Positions 15,185-26,222 of a stretch of 32,000 nucleotides of DNA are shown one piece after another. Position 1 is the first letter of the stretch. Each line of letters opens with the position of its first letter. The position numbers and the translations under genes are program-made. The notes beneath the pieces are model-generated. The model did no database searches. It was not told the origin of the DNA and saw only the letters and a list, made by a program, of their open reading frames with translations. The stretch covers positions 1 through 32,000 of the IMG/VR virus record IMGVR_UViG_3300024262_000150; one strand, given 5' to 3'. This DNA is from a virus. Taxonomy: Duplodnaviria > Caudoviricetes.

Positions 15185-17044
15185 ATGGGAAAAATAATTG
15201 GAATTGACTTGGGGACAACTAATTCGTGTGTTGCGGTAATGGAAGGAAAGGATCCTGTGGTTATTGCTAACAGTGAAGGAAAAAGAACCACACCATCTAT
15301 TGTTGGGTTTGTAAAAGACGGAGAAAGAAAAATTGGAGATCCAGCTAAAAGACAGGCAGTAACAAATCCTGACAAAACAATTTACTCAATTAAAAGATTT
15401 ATGGGAAGTTCTTTTGATGAGATTAAAAACGAAATCAGAAAAGTTCCTTACAAATTGGTTAAAGAAAATAACTCACCAAAAGTTAAAATTAACGATCGAA
15501 CTTATTCGCCACAAGAAATCTCAGCCGCGATACTTCAAAAAATGAAACAAACCGCTGAAGATTATTTAGGTCAATCTGTAACTGAAGCCGTTATTACGGT
15601 TCCCGCTTATTTTAATGATGCCCAAAGACAGGCAACAAAAGAAGCTGGTGAAATTGCAGGTCTTACAGTAAAAAGAATTATAAACGAACCAACCGCAGCC
15701 GCTTTAGCATACGGATTTGATAAAATGTCTAAAGATATGAAAATTGTAGTGTTTGACTGTGGTGGTGGAACTCATGATGTATCTGTATTGGAACTCGGTG
15801 ATGGAGTATTTGAAGTATTATCAACTGACGGGGACACTCATTTAGGTGGGGACGACTTTGACCAAGTACTTATTGACTTTTTATCTTCTGAATTTAAAAA
15901 AGAAAATGGAATGGACATTTCAAAAGACCCAATGGCACTTCAAAGACTTCGTGAATCCGCCGAAAAAGCAAAGATCGAATTATCTTCTTCACCACAAACT
16001 GAAATTAATCTTCCTTATGTGACGGCAGATTCCACAGGACCTAAACACTTGGTAATGACTATTACAAAATCTAAGTTTGATCAATTAACACAATCTTTAG
16101 TTGATAGAACAATCAAACCTTGTAAATCGGCTTTGGAGAATGCTAAGTTAACCCCATCTGATATTGATGAAATCATTTTAGTTGGTGGGTCTACTCGTAT
16201 TCCTGCAATTCAAGAAGCGGTTAAAAAATTTTTTGGTAAAGAACCTTCAAAAGGAGTAAATCCTGATGAGGTAGTTGCTTTAGGAGCCGCGATTCAAGGT
16301 GGTGTATTAGCAGGTGATGTTACCGATGTGTTATTACTTGATGTGACTCCACTTTCGTTAGGTATTGAAACTATGGGGGGTGTGTTCACAAAATTAATTA
16401 ATTCAAACACAACTATACCAACTAAAAAATCTGAAATATTTTCTACAGCAGTAGATAATCAACCTATAGTTGAGATTCATGTCTTACAAGGTGAAAGAAC
16501 AATGTCAAAAGATAATAGATCTATTGGTAGATTTAATTTAGATGGGATTCCACCGGCAAGACGAGGAACTCCACAAATTGAGGTAACTTTTGATATTGAC
16601 GCCAATGGTATTATTAATGTTTCTGCGGTGGACAACGCAACAAATAAAGTACAATCTATCACAATTGAGTCTTCTTCAGGTTTATCTAAAGAAGAAGTGG
16701 AAAGAATGAAACAAGAAGCGGAAATTAATGCTGAGTCAGATAAAAAATTAAAAGAGGATGCCGACACATTAAATTCTGCAGATTCTTTGATTTTCCAAGT
16801 TGGTAAATCATTAGAGGATCTTGGAGATAAAATTAGTGAAGAAGAAAAATCTGAAATTAATCTAAAAGTTGATAAGTTAAGAGAGGCTCATACTAATAAA
16901 GAAATTTCTGAGGTTAAAACTTTGATGGAAGAAGTTAATAAAACATTCCAAGAAGTAAGTCAAAAGTTGTATGAACAAAAAACACCAAACGACGAAATAA
17001 CTGAAGAAGACTTACAAAATGTAGAATTTGAAGAAGTAAAATAA
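15185..17044 (+). CDS. dnaK: Hsp70 chaperone DnaK
   Basis: [43 protein letters not shown] and [14 protein letters not shown]. Confidence 0.97.
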   Translation: MGKIIGIDLGTTNSCVAVMEGKDPVVIANSEGKRTTPSIVGFVKDGERKIGDPAKRQAVTNPDKTIYSIKRFMGSSFDEIKNEIRKVPYKLVKENNSPKVKINDRTYSPQEISAAILQKMKQTAEDYLGQSVTEAVITVPAYFNDAQRQATKEAGEIAGLTVKRIINEPTAAALAYGFDKMSKDMKIVVFDCGGGTHDVSVLELGDGVFEVLSTDGDTHLGGDDFDQVLIDFLSSEFKKENGMDISKDPMALQRLRESAEKAKIELSSSPQTEINLPYVTADSTGPKHLVMTITKSKFDQLTQSLVDRTIKPCKSALENAKLTPSDIDEIILVGGSTRIPAIQEAVKKFFGKEPSKGVNPDEVVALGAAIQGGVLAGDVTDVLLLDVTPLSLGIETMGGVFTKLINSNTTIPTKKSEIFSTAVDNQPIVEIHVLQGERTMSKDNRSIGRFNLDGIPPARRGTPQIEVTFDIDANGIINVSAVDNATNKVQSITIESSSGLSKEEVERMKQEAEINAESDKKLKEDADTLNSADSLIFQVGKSLEDLGDKISEEEKSEINLKVDKLREAHTNKEISEVKTLMEEVNKTFQEVSQKLYEQKTPNDEITEEDLQNVEFEEVK

Positions 17045-17066
17045 TCTTTTAAAATTAAAATAAATT

Positions 17067-17095
17067 AAATCCACCTTAGTGTGGATTTTTTTTTT
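17067..17095 (+). terminator. Intrinsic terminator after dnaK
   Basis: AAATCCAC-CTTAGT-GTGGATTT followed by a T-tract. Confidence 0.8.
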
Positions 17096-17109
17096 ATATA
17101 TTTATAGAC

Positions 17110-17430
17110 ATGGAAGGATGTAAAAAATTTGCAGAGTCTTTGGGCCTAACAAAAGAGTTAGAAAAAACCTATTTTAAAATTAGAGGAGTATTCCAAAGAG
17201 AAGGGTGGACACAAAAGGATATTGAAAAACCACCATATTATCCAGATGATTTAATGTTATTACACTCAAGCATCCAACCATTGATTCGGGAAATAGACCA
17301 AACAATTATAGATTATGGTTTTAATGTTGACGGAACCGAAGTTAGTTATTATATTATGGATAAACTTCGTCATATAGATGACATAACCCCATTAATAAAC
17401 AAAAATGGCAATAACAAGCGAGATAATTAG
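17110..17430 (+). CDS. Hypothetical protein
   Basis: 106-aa ORF with TATTTAT at 17099. Confidence 0.7.
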   Translation: MEGCKKFAESLGLTKELEKTYFKIRGVFQREGWTQKDIEKPPYYPDDLMLLHSSIQPLIREIDQTIIDYGFNVDGTEVSYYIMDKLRHIDDITPLINKNGNNKRDN

Positions 17431-17647
17431 CGGAACTACAATTTTAAACGAAGTTCAATCATCGAATATTGTAAGAACACAATATGACACATTAACAAAA
17501 AAAATGATTGCGGAGTTTAAAAACGGAGTAAGATATGAATATAGTGATGTTACACATCAAACCTATACTCAATTTAGAATGTCAGAATCCCAAGGAAACT
17601 TCTTTAATAAAAGTATTTCTAAAACACATACATACAAGAAACTATAA
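17405..17647 (+). CDS. KTSC-domain protein
   Basis: VQSSNI...YD......EFKNG..YEYSDV....Y..F..SESQGNFFNKSI. Confidence 0.85.
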   Translation: MAITSEIISGTTILNEVQSSNIVRTQYDTLTKKMIAEFKNGVRYEYSDVTHQTYTQFRMSESQGNFFNKSISKTHTYKKL

Positions 17648-17666
17648 TTATAAAGTATTTATCATT

Positions 17667-18404
17667 ATGAATACTTCAGAAATTATAAAAAGTTTTGAAT
17701 CAAAAGACGAACTAAACCCAAAGATTTGGGAAAAGGGGGGTAAATCATATATGATAAAACCTGAAGTAAGAGAGAAACTTTTAGAAACCACAAATATTTT
17801 TATAGATTTTTTAGGTGTTGATGTGGTTGTAACGGATATTATTATGATTGGTTCATTAGTTAATTACAACTGGTCAAAGTTTTCAGACATAGATTTACAT
17901 ATAGTTGTAAATTACAACCAATTTCCAAACAACTCGCAAGAATTATATATTGAATTTTTTGATCTAAAAAAAATAATATTTAACGACAGACACGATATAA
18001 AACTATTTGGGTACGATGTTGAATGTTTTGTTCAAAATGAAGCTGAAACGCCATTTAGTAGTGGTGTGTATTCTGTTTTGTACGATATGTGGGTTAACAA
18101 ACCAAAAAAACTTGATAAAAAAAATATTGATATAGAACTTCTTAAGGAAAAGGCAAATCAATGGATGAGAATTATTGATGGTGTTGTTGATAATATTGAA
18201 GATGAGGATCCTGATGAAATTAAAAGTTTGGTTAAAAAATATAAGGAAAAACTTAAAAAATTTAGAAATTGTGGTCTTGAAAAAGACGGTGAAATGTCTT
18301 TAGAAAATTTAGTATTTAAACTTTTAAGAAGAAATGGGTATGTTAAGAAATTATACGAGTTACCTACAGAAATTATTGATAAAAAATTATCAATGAACCA
18401 ATAA
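17667..18404 (+). CDS. Pol-beta-superfamily nucleotidyltransferase
   Basis: GSLVNYNWSKFSDIDLH (GS...DxD) and a downstream DVE. Start at ATG 17667 follows TATTTAT. Confidence 0.75.
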   Translation: MNTSEIIKSFESKDELNPKIWEKGGKSYMIKPEVREKLLETTNIFIDFLGVDVVVTDIIMIGSLVNYNWSKFSDIDLHIVVNYNQFPNNSQELYIEFFDLKKIIFNDRHDIKLFGYDVECFVQNEAETPFSSGVYSVLYDMWVNKPKKLDKKNIDIELLKEKANQWMRIIDGVVDNIEDEDPDEIKSLVKKYKEKLKKFRNCGLEKDGEMSLENLVFKLLRRNGYVKKLYELPTEIIDKKLSMNQ

Positions 18405-18484
18405 ATAACAATGATTTAGAATAATTATATTTATCTGTATATTTATTAAGAAAAAAATAATTCACATTAAATAAAAAAAAAGAC

Positions 18485-19921
18485 ATGGCAGGATTAAAAC
18501 CTATCGGAAGTGAAAAACTTGAGGGAATGAATAAAATTAGACGAATAATTGAAATTGCTCGTTATAATGAAAATATTCCACAATCGGTAAACGAAACAAA
18601 ATCTACAGAATATAGTATAGAATTCGCAGACGGTAATACATACCGTATTGAAAAGGAAAGACAAGGTTATATAATTAAAGTTGCAATCAATGAGTCGGAC
18701 TCTGACTATATTAACCAAATGACATCAAGAAAATACTATTCTTCATATTCACAAGCCTTAAGACGACTAAATTTAATGGCTAAAGAAATTAATGTACTTC
18801 ATGAAAACGAAGAAGGTATCTCACTAATAGGTGAGCAAAAAAAAAAGTTCATACTAAAGACTAAAAAAAATAATGTTGCAGAACCTGCAACAGAAACTCT
18901 ACCTCCATCACCTGAACCACTATCGGCTCCCGCACCATCCCCATCACCTGAACCACTACCGGCTCCCGCACCTAATATGTTATCCCCTGAAGAAGGTACG
19001 GAACCACCTGCTGACGATATGGGTACGGAACCACCTGCTGACGGTATGGGTATGGAACCACCTGCTGACGGTATGGGTATGGAACCACCTGCCGACGATA
19101 TGGGTATGCCAGAAGATGAGGTTGAAGACGAAACTGAGGTTGAAATTGAAAAAAAACCAAGAGAGAAAAAAGTATCGGACCTTAAAAGAATTCAAATTCT
19201 TGTTGGGAAATTAGCTCAAAAAATTAGATCTTATGAAGAAGAAAAAGAATTAAGCGCTAAAGAAATAAAATATATTATTAATTCTATTTTATCTGCAATT
19301 GATGTTGAAGTTTTAGATGAAGAAGATATTGAACAAATTATTGATAAATTAGAAGGAACCGAAGATGATGAAGATGGGGAAGGTGAGGAAGAAGATGTAA
19401 CATTTGACGAAACGGAAGATGAACAAGAAGTTTCTCCTGAACCACCTATCGAACCTGAAATGGCTGAAGGTTATGATAGTTTAAATGATGCTTTTGATGA
19501 TTATTTTGGAGGATCATTTGCCGCTCAAAGTTCTAAAGGATTAAGAAGTGAGATGGGTGAAGAGGAAGAATATTATAAAGAAAGAAGAAATAGACATTTT
19601 TATCCTGAAGTAGATAGTTTTGAACATGGAACATTTTCAGAATCAAGCGTTGATAAAGTCCTTTCTAAATATTTTATTTTAAATGAAAACGAACAAAAAA
19701 ACTATAAAGAAGAAAAAAATAAAAAAACAAATATAACCTACAAAAATAGTAAACAAAATATAGTTAAACTTGCAGAATCTAAACAACAATTAGAAACTGC
19801 ACTTAACTATATTGATAAAAACCCAAGAGTAAGAATGTTAGGAATATCAAATAAAGGGAATTTAATTTTTAAAGAAGGTATTAATCAAGTTAGTATTACT
19901 AAATTAGGTAGAATTATATGA
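18485..19921 (+). CDS. Hypothetical protein with Pro-rich and acidic disordered regions (likely head-associated)
   Basis: 478-aa ORF in the operon upstream of the terminase; TATTTAT at 18440. Confidence 0.75.
   Translation: MAGLKPIGSEKLEGMNKIRRIIEIARYNENIPQSVNETKSTEYSIEFADGNTYRIEKERQGYIIKVAINESDSDYINQMTSRKYYSSYSQALRRLNLMAKEINVLHENEEGISLIGEQKKKFILKTKKNNVAEPATETLPPSPEPLSAPAPSPSPEPLPAPAPNMLSPEEGTEPPADDMGTEPPADGMGMEPPADGMGMEPPADDMGMPEDEVEDETEVEIEKKPREKKVSDLKRIQILVGKLAQKIRSYEEEKELSAKEIKYIINSILSAIDVEVLDEEDIEQIIDKLEGTEDDEDGEGEEEDVTFDETEDEQEVSPEPPIEPEMAEGYDSLNDAFDDYFGGSFAAQSSKGLRSEMGEEEEYYKERRNRHFYPEVDSFEHGTFSESSVDKVLSKYFILNENEQKNYKEEKNKKTNITYKNSKQNIVKLAESKQQLETALNYIDKNPRVRMLGISNKGNLIFKEGINQVSITKLGRII
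19001..19108 (+). repeat. 27-nt coding tandem repeat x4 (EPPAD[DG]MG[TM])
   Basis: Units start at 19001, 19028, 19055 and 19082. Confidence 0.9.
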
Positions 19922-20325
19922 ATCACTTAATTTACATAAATGGTTTGGGACCTAATTATAAAGGGGATAACATTTATGAATTTATTTTTTCTAATACTTT
20001 AGAGGTTTTTGGTGAGAATTGGGAATCTAAACCAGCAAATGGTTATCCTTCTCCTCCTGACATAGAATACATTAAAAAAGTGGGTACATTAATTAATGAA
20101 AACATACAATTTGATTTGGTTCAAGACTCAGATGTTTTTTCAGTTATAGACTCAATGGACACAGTAATTGCGTTAGGGTGGGAAAAAGAAAACGATGAAA
20201 AAGATTTTTCTTTAATTAAAAGATTGGTTTTTAATTTTGGAGAATCCGAAGAAAGCGTTAAAAACAAACTATATGAAAGAGATATAGTATTAGAATTTGA
20301 AAAGGATGTTGTTTATGAAAAATAA
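19918..20325 (+). CDS. Hypothetical protein
   Basis: Start overlaps the upstream stop codon (ATGA). Confidence 0.8.
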   Translation: MNHLIYINGLGPNYKGDNIYEFIFSNTLEVFGENWESKPANGYPSPPDIEYIKKVGTLINENIQFDLVQDSDVFSVIDSMDTVIALGWEKENDEKDFSLIKRLVFNFGESEESVKNKLYERDIVLEFEKDVVYEK

Positions 20326-21157
20326 AAAAAATATTTTGTTTTTGGTTGAAAATGGTTTATCATCAAAAGTTATTGGTAAAATGACCGATAATCAAGTTAA
20401 AGTTTTGGTTGAGAAATTTAAAAAGGAATCTAATGAACAGGTTACTCAAGTTACAGAACCCCAAAAAACCTCATTTAATATAAAAGGACCAGGAGAATTA
20501 CCAAATAATCCAACAGGAAAGGGATATGAGGTTAAAAAAAATACAGATGGTAGCGTCACCGCAACCCCAATGGAAAATGAAATCAAAGAAGATGAAACTG
20601 ATGATGTAACTTCATCAAATGCTTTAGGTAAAGACGCTGAACAATCATACACCGGTCAAGAATCACCTCATGACGCTAATGATATGGCAGATGATGGTAT
20701 GGATGATGATTCTGGTAATAATAGATCTATGATGGGAGTGGCAGAGTCTAATTTAAATGAAAAATTTGATTCAAAAGCACAACAAGGTTTATTTTGGGCT
20801 CGTTGTAATAAATGTTCAGACAAAAAATGTAAATGGTGTAAAATGGCTAAAGAATTCTCAGATTCAACATCTAAAAAAGATTACAAAAAAATGCCTGAAA
20901 AAATTCACCCCGAAAAAACCGTTAAGGACAAAAAAAAGAAAACAAATGAAAATTTGGAAAAATTTTTAGAAAAAAAAATTTCAGAAATGGTAGACAATAA
21001 CATTCAAGCCAAAATGTCAAAAAAGGATCTAATTGGAACAGTAAAAAAAAAGTCTAAATCTATGATTATTCGTAGACCAAAAAAAATGACGATGTTTTCT
21101 AATGAGGCCCCTATGGAATTACCAATAGCAAAAATGTTTTCAATAGGAAAAAAGTAG
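20315..21157 (+). CDS. Hypothetical protein upstream of the terminase
   Basis: ATG 20315 is preferred; contains SKAQQGLFWARCNKC..KCKWC. Confidence 0.75.
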   Translation: MKNKKNILFLVENGLSSKVIGKMTDNQVKVLVEKFKKESNEQVTQVTEPQKTSFNIKGPGELPNNPTGKGYEVKKNTDGSVTATPMENEIKEDETDDVTSSNALGKDAEQSYTGQESPHDANDMADDGMDDDSGNNRSMMGVAESNLNEKFDSKAQQGLFWARCNKCSDKKCKWCKMAKEFSDSTSKKDYKKMPEKIHPEKTVKDKKKKTNENLEKFLEKKISEMVDNNIQAKMSKKDLIGTVKKKSKSMIIRRPKKMTMFSNEAPMELPIAKMFSIGKK

Positions 21158-21195
21158 TCTTTACAAGAAAAAACTTGAATTGATATTTATATCAT

Positions 21196-22974
21196 ATGGG
21201 ACTAACTAAAGAACAGGTAATGATTGAATATGTGAGATGTGTACAGGACACCCCATACGCTCTTCGTACATATCTACAAACTTACGACAATACGGTATCA
21301 CAATATGTTCCATTAGAATTATTCCCTGATCAGGTTTCTTTATTAAGAGACTATGAAGAATTTGAAGAAAACATTGCATTAAAATATCGTCAAGCGGGAG
21401 TATCAACAGTAACCGCAGCATGGGTATCAAAAAAATTGGTATTCGCCAAAAAATCACAACCTGAAAAAATTCTTATTATTGCAAACAAATTAGACACATC
21501 TATGGAGATGGCCAATAAGATTCGTGCGTTTGTTAGTCAATGGCCACCTTGGCTTGGCGTTGATTTTTCGTCGGATAAAAATTCGCAAAGACACTACAAA
21601 TTAACTAATGGGTCCGAAGTAAAGGCAGTTGCAACTTCAAAAGATGCACTTCGTGGATTTACACCAACTATTCTTGTTTTTGATGAGGCCGCGTTTATTG
21701 AGGCAGATAGTGACTTTTGGCCTGCTTGTATGGCATCATTATCCACAGGTGGTAAGGTAATTGTTGTTTCTACACCAAATGGATATGATCAAATTTATTA
21801 TGAAATATATGATCAAGCATTAAAAGGGATGAACCAATTTAAAATTTCTGAAATGTATTGGTATAGAGATCCAAGATATTCAAAGGACCTTTATTTAGTC
21901 CCATCGGACGATATTGTTCATTATCTACTAAATAAAGATAATTTTGACGAATCAAAAAATATTTCATTAGCTCATACCGATCCTTACAAACGAGACTATG
22001 ATGAAATGTCCCACTTTTTTAAACAAGGATACAAACCATGTTCAAGTTGGTACGAAAAAATGGTTAAAAAACTCAAGTACGATAAAAGAAAAATTAACCA
22101 AGAGTTAAATTGTGAGTTTTTAGGGTCTGGAGATAATGTGTTTGATAATAAACAATTAGAAGAAATAAAAAATAATTCTTTATTTGATGCAACTACCAAA
22201 CTTATGGGTAATTCCATTTGGATTTGGAAAGAACCTGTTGAAGGACATAAATATATTATGGGTGTCGATGTGTCTAGAGGGGATAGTGAAGATTTTTCAT
22301 CAATTCAAATTATTGATTTTGATGAAAGAGAACAAGTATTTGAATATGTTGGTAAGATTCCTCCTGATACTTTAGCTGAAGTCGCATATAAGTGGGGAAT
22401 AATGTATAATGCGTTTGTTGTGGTCGATATCACAGGTGGTATGGGAATTACAACCGTTAGGAAAATGCAAGAACTTGGTTATAAAAATCTTTATGTTGAA
22501 GGAATTGACCCATTTAACATTTGGGCTAACAATAAAACATCGGTAGAAAAAATACCGGGAATTAACTTTAATAATAAAAGAGTTCAAATTATTGCGGCTT
22601 TTGAAGAATGGATTAGACATAAATTTAAAGTAAGAAGTGTCAGACTATATAACGAAATGAGTACATTCATTTACATGAATGGTAGACCTGACCACCAAAA
22701 AGGTCACCATGACGACCTTATCATGGGCATATCCATGGCAATTTATATTGCAGAATCATCATTCTCAAAGTTAGAAAAGGCAACAGAACAAGCAAAATCA
22801 TTAATTAACTCTTGGGCGGTTGTGAATAATGAAGCTGTCGGTAGAGAAACTCATTTTGATCCAGTAATCCCAAATCAAAATGTTATAAATGAAAGATATG
22901 GATTAAATAATAATGGTGCATCAAAAGAAGACTATCAAAAATATGGTTGGTTATTTGGTGGTTTAATGAAATAA
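21196..22974 (+). CDS. terL: Terminase large subunit (T4 gp17-like)
   Basis: LKYRQAGVST (Walker A), LVFDEAAF (Walker B), VSTPNG, and nuclease motifs GVDVSRG and HDDLIM. Confidence 0.95.
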   Translation: MGLTKEQVMIEYVRCVQDTPYALRTYLQTYDNTVSQYVPLELFPDQVSLLRDYEEFEENIALKYRQAGVSTVTAAWVSKKLVFAKKSQPEKILIIANKLDTSMEMANKIRAFVSQWPPWLGVDFSSDKNSQRHYKLTNGSEVKAVATSKDALRGFTPTILVFDEAAFIEADSDFWPACMASLSTGGKVIVVSTPNGYDQIYYEIYDQALKGMNQFKISEMYWYRDPRYSKDLYLVPSDDIVHYLLNKDNFDESKNISLAHTDPYKRDYDEMSHFFKQGYKPCSSWYEKMVKKLKYDKRKINQELNCEFLGSGDNVFDNKQLEEIKNNSLFDATTKLMGNSIWIWKEPVEGHKYIMGVDVSRGDSEDFSSIQIIDFDEREQVFEYVGKIPPDTLAEVAYKWGIMYNAFVVVDITGGMGITTVRKMQELGYKNLYVEGIDPFNIWANNKTSVEKIPGINFNNKRVQIIAAFEEWIRHKFKVRSVRLYNEMSTFIYMNGRPDHQKGHHDDLIMGISMAIYIAESSFSKLEKATEQAKSLINSWAVVNNEAVGRETHFDPVIPNQNVINERYGLNNNGASKEDYQKYGWLFGGLMK

Positions 22975-22978
22975 TAAA

Positions 22979-23161
22979 ATGGGAATTAATATTAGACCGG
23001 TATCTGCTAGAATATCAAATGGATCAAGAATGATTGTAAATGGTCAACCAACAACAGGAGTAAAAGCTTTTCCTGTAACCTTTTTAAAAAAAACCAATCC
23101 ATATCAATTCAAATCTTCTGATTTTATAAATAAAACTGTAAGCGGTTCTACTGAGAACTAA
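22979..23161 (+). CDS. Small hypothetical protein
   Basis: Fills the gap between terminase and portal genes. Confidence 0.6.
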   Translation: MGINIRPVSARISNGSRMIVNGQPTTGVKAFPVTFLKKTNPYQFKSSDFINKTVSGSTEN

Positions 23162-23198
23162 CTATTGAAATATTTATATCTATAGTTAAATTTTTAAT

Positions 23199-25013
23199 AT
23201 GGAAAATAATAATCAAAATCTAACGGTTTGGCAAAGGTTGGCAACAACTTTCGGCCCTAATTCTACATTAGGTCAAGGTCAACCCGATTATAAGTTAGAT
23301 AAAAAAGAAATTTTAAAGACTCAAGACAAAGCTGAATATGAGAAAGCTAAATTGCAAAATCAGCAATCTCTCTATTTGAGTACTAATTGGGCAAAGGTTG
23401 AAAATAATTTATACACTCAGGCAATATATTACGAACCAACAAGATTGGCAGCGTTTTATGACTATGAGTCTATGGAATACACGCCAGAAATATCAACAGC
23501 TCTTGATATATATTCAGAAGAGTCGACCACACCGGATCAAAACGGTTATGTTCTCCAAGTTTATTCAGAATCTAAAAGAATTAAAAGTATTTTAGTTGAT
23601 TTATTTGTCAATACATTAGATATTAATACCAATTTACCAATGTGGATAAGAAACATGTGTAAGTATGGTGATAACTTTGTGTATTTAAAATTAGACCCAA
23701 CAAAAGGGGTTACTGGTTGTTTACAGTTACCTAATATTGAAATTGAAAGATTGGAAAGGGGTATAGACGCTAGAACTTACAGTGCAACAATAAATGTTAA
23801 TAGAACCGCACTAAAATTTGCGTGGAAAACAAGAGACGCGGAATTTAATACTTGGGAGGTTGCTCACTTTAGATTATTAGGTGATGATAGAAAACTTCCT
23901 TATGGAACATCGATGTTAGAAAAAGCTCGTCGTATTTGGAAACAATTAGTTTTATCTGAAGACGCTATGTTAATCTATCGTACATCAAGAGCCCCTGAAA
24001 GAAGAGTATTTAAAGTTTTTGTTGGTAACATGGATGACAAAGATGTTGAACCGTATGTACAAAGAGTCGCAAACAAATTCAAAAGAGATCAAGTTGTTGA
24101 TAAAAAAACAGGAAATGTTGATTTAAGATTCAATCAAATGGCGGTAGATCAAGATTACTTTATTCCTGTTAGAGACGCCACACAAGTAAACCCAATCGAC
24201 ACTTTACCAGGAGCTCAAAACTTATCTGAAATCGCCGATATCGAATACATTCAAAAGAAATTAGTAACCGCACTTCGTGTTCCTAAAGCATATTTAGGGT
24301 TTGAAGAGGCTGTTGGTGATGGTAAAAACTTATCATTACTTGATATTCGTTTTGCAAGAACAATTAATAGAATTCAAAAATCCGCAATTGCAGAAATGAA
24401 TAAAATTGCAATCATTCACTTATTCCTTATGGGATTTGAGGATGAGTTATCAAATTTTACTTTACAACTTACAAATCCGTCAAAACAAGCGGATCTATTA
24501 ATGATTGATGTTTGGAAAGAAAAAGTTTTATTGTATAAAGATATGGTTGGGGAAGTAGCAAAATCTATACAGCCTACATCAGCAACTTGGGCGAAAAAAC
24601 ATATTTTTGGTTTTTCAGATGATGAAATTAAAAATGAATTATTACAAATAAGAATGGAAAGAGCGGTTTCAGCTGAACTTGATAATACCGCAACAATTAT
24701 CACTAAAACGGGTATATTTGATACCGTAGATAAGTTATATAAAACAGTCACAGGAGGAACCGCACCTGCAGGAGCAATAGGAGGCGAAGGAGGAGCGCCA
24801 CCACCACCAGAAGGGGATTTTGGGGGCGGAGCGCCACCGGCACCTGAAGGAGGAGCACCACCAATTCCTGAATCAGCAAGAAAAGAAAAAAATAAATTAA
24901 TATTAGAGACCACAGGAGATGATTTTGATGAAGATGATTTTTTAGATTTTCAAAAAATGAATGGTTCTTTAGGTTCAATTGAAAATGAGCTTTCTAAACT
25001 TTTAAGTGACTAG
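23199..25013 (+). CDS. Portal protein (T4 gp20-like)
   Basis: YGTSMLEKARRIWKQLVLSEDAMLIYRTSRAPERRVF, DYFIPVR, IDTLPGAQNL and ALRVPK. Confidence 0.93.
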   Translation: MENNNQNLTVWQRLATTFGPNSTLGQGQPDYKLDKKEILKTQDKAEYEKAKLQNQQSLYLSTNWAKVENNLYTQAIYYEPTRLAAFYDYESMEYTPEISTALDIYSEESTTPDQNGYVLQVYSESKRIKSILVDLFVNTLDINTNLPMWIRNMCKYGDNFVYLKLDPTKGVTGCLQLPNIEIERLERGIDARTYSATINVNRTALKFAWKTRDAEFNTWEVAHFRLLGDDRKLPYGTSMLEKARRIWKQLVLSEDAMLIYRTSRAPERRVFKVFVGNMDDKDVEPYVQRVANKFKRDQVVDKKTGNVDLRFNQMAVDQDYFIPVRDATQVNPIDTLPGAQNLSEIADIEYIQKKLVTALRVPKAYLGFEEAVGDGKNLSLLDIRFARTINRIQKSAIAEMNKIAIIHLFLMGFEDELSNFTLQLTNPSKQADLLMIDVWKEKVLLYKDMVGEVAKSIQPTSATWAKKHIFGFSDDEIKNELLQIRMERAVSAELDNTATIITKTGIFDTVDKLYKTVTGGTAPAGAIGGEGGAPPPPEGDFGGGAPPAPEGGAPPIPESARKEKNKLILETTGDDFDEDDFLDFQKMNGSLGSIENELSKLLSD

Positions 25014-25024
25014 TATTTATTATC

Positions 25025-25483
25025 ATGAGTAAATTCAAAAATCTTACTGAAAAAAACATGAGGTTCCTTTTAAAAAGGATGAATAATAATATTGGCGATT
25101 ATGGTCGACCAAAAGAATTAGTTTCAGGAGCCAATCAAAAAATAGTTAAAGACATTTTAGATGATATTGGAATGGTCGCTGAAACTGAAGATTTATCATT
25201 TATTTTTTCGTTATACCGAATGAACCCTAATTATGAAACTGAACCAATTAAAATTCCTGAATTACACACTTACGAAATTGTTACAAAAAGAAGTGCAACA
25301 ATTAGTGTAAGAGAATATTGGAAAAGTACGGTTGAGAATTACTTAGAAGATGAGAACGATGTTCAAGAGTTTATGGATTGGTTTGATAATCCAGATTGGT
25401 GGGAGGGAGAAATGATTGACAGAGATGAATATGATGAAGAAACAACTGACACTGATATTGATGAAATAAATAAAATAAGTTGA
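25025..25483 (+). CDS. Hypothetical protein
   Basis: Clean ORF with TATTTAT at 25014. Confidence 0.75.
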   Translation: MSKFKNLTEKNMRFLLKRMNNNIGDYGRPKELVSGANQKIVKDILDDIGMVAETEDLSFIFSLYRMNPNYETEPIKIPELHTYEIVTKRSATISVREYWKSTVENYLEDENDVQEFMDWFDNPDWWEGEMIDRDEYDEETTDTDIDEINKIS

Positions 25484-25505
25484 TATTTATAAGAAAATTA
25501 GAAAA

Positions 25506-26222
25506 ATGAAATTTGGAGAGTTAAAGTCAAAAATTGACACTTATTTAGTTGAGTCATATAAGAAAAATAAACTTAAGAATAGTTTATTTGTTTTTGAGCA
25601 GTTGGTGTTGAAAAATAAAAACATTTCAAAAATATTTTTTCTTTATGACGAGTTATCAGAAAACAAAGGATTAAACGAATCTGTTGCTAACGAGTTTATT
25701 TACGAATCTATAATTGCATATGAAAACCTTTATAACAAAGTACAACCATCAAGTTTAAAAGAATTAAAATCTTGGATTGGTCATGTACAATGCAAAAACA
25801 AATATCAAGAAATAGACAATCTTTTTTCATCAAATATTTTGACTTTAGAAAGTAAAATTAAAAGTAAAAAAGTTTTAATTGAAGGTTTAAAAAAACAAAA
25901 ATTAGTTAAAAAAGAAACATTTAAAGTTCCTTTAAACACTATGGTTAAAATAGCAAACAGAACTGTTGAAAATTTTATTGAGTCATTAACTGAAAGTGAA
26001 AAAAAAGAATTGAACTCTATATTAAATTCACCAAAAGAAAAGATCCAAGAAAATTACAATAAGGAAAAAGAGTTGGTGTTAGAAACACTTTCAGGAAAAA
26101 AAGAAAATGAGAATGACGGTGAAACAATCAAAACGATTGATCAAGTTATTGAAAAAATACAAACAGAGTCTTTTTCAGAAATTAATTACCTCAAGTTAAA
26201 AAACTTGAGAAAGGGACTCTAA
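25506..26222 (+). CDS. Hypothetical helical protein of the head module
   Basis: 238-aa ORF with TATTTAT at 25484. Confidence 0.75.
   Translation: MKFGELKSKIDTYLVESYKKNKLKNSLFVFEQLVLKNKNISKIFFLYDELSENKGLNESVANEFIYESIIAYENLYNKVQPSSLKELKSWIGHVQCKNKYQEIDNLFSSNILTLESKIKSKKVLIEGLKKQKLVKKETFKVPLNTMVKIANRTVENFIESLTESEKKELNSILNSPKEKIQENYNKEKELVLETLSGKKENENDGETIKTIDQVIEKIQTESFSEINYLKLKNLRKGL

Noticed and set aside
12976-17044. Host chromosomal DNA or chimeric assembly around clpC and dnaK
   Set aside because: Composition and promoter motifs match the flanking phage genes, there is no dnaJ/grpE operon context, and no junction is visible.
19001-19108. Possible CRISPR array
   Set aside because: The units are contiguous in-frame coding repeats without unique spacers, and no cas genes are present.
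20315-21157. Terminase small subunit
   Set aside because: Only the position supports it; I recognised no small-terminase sequence feature.
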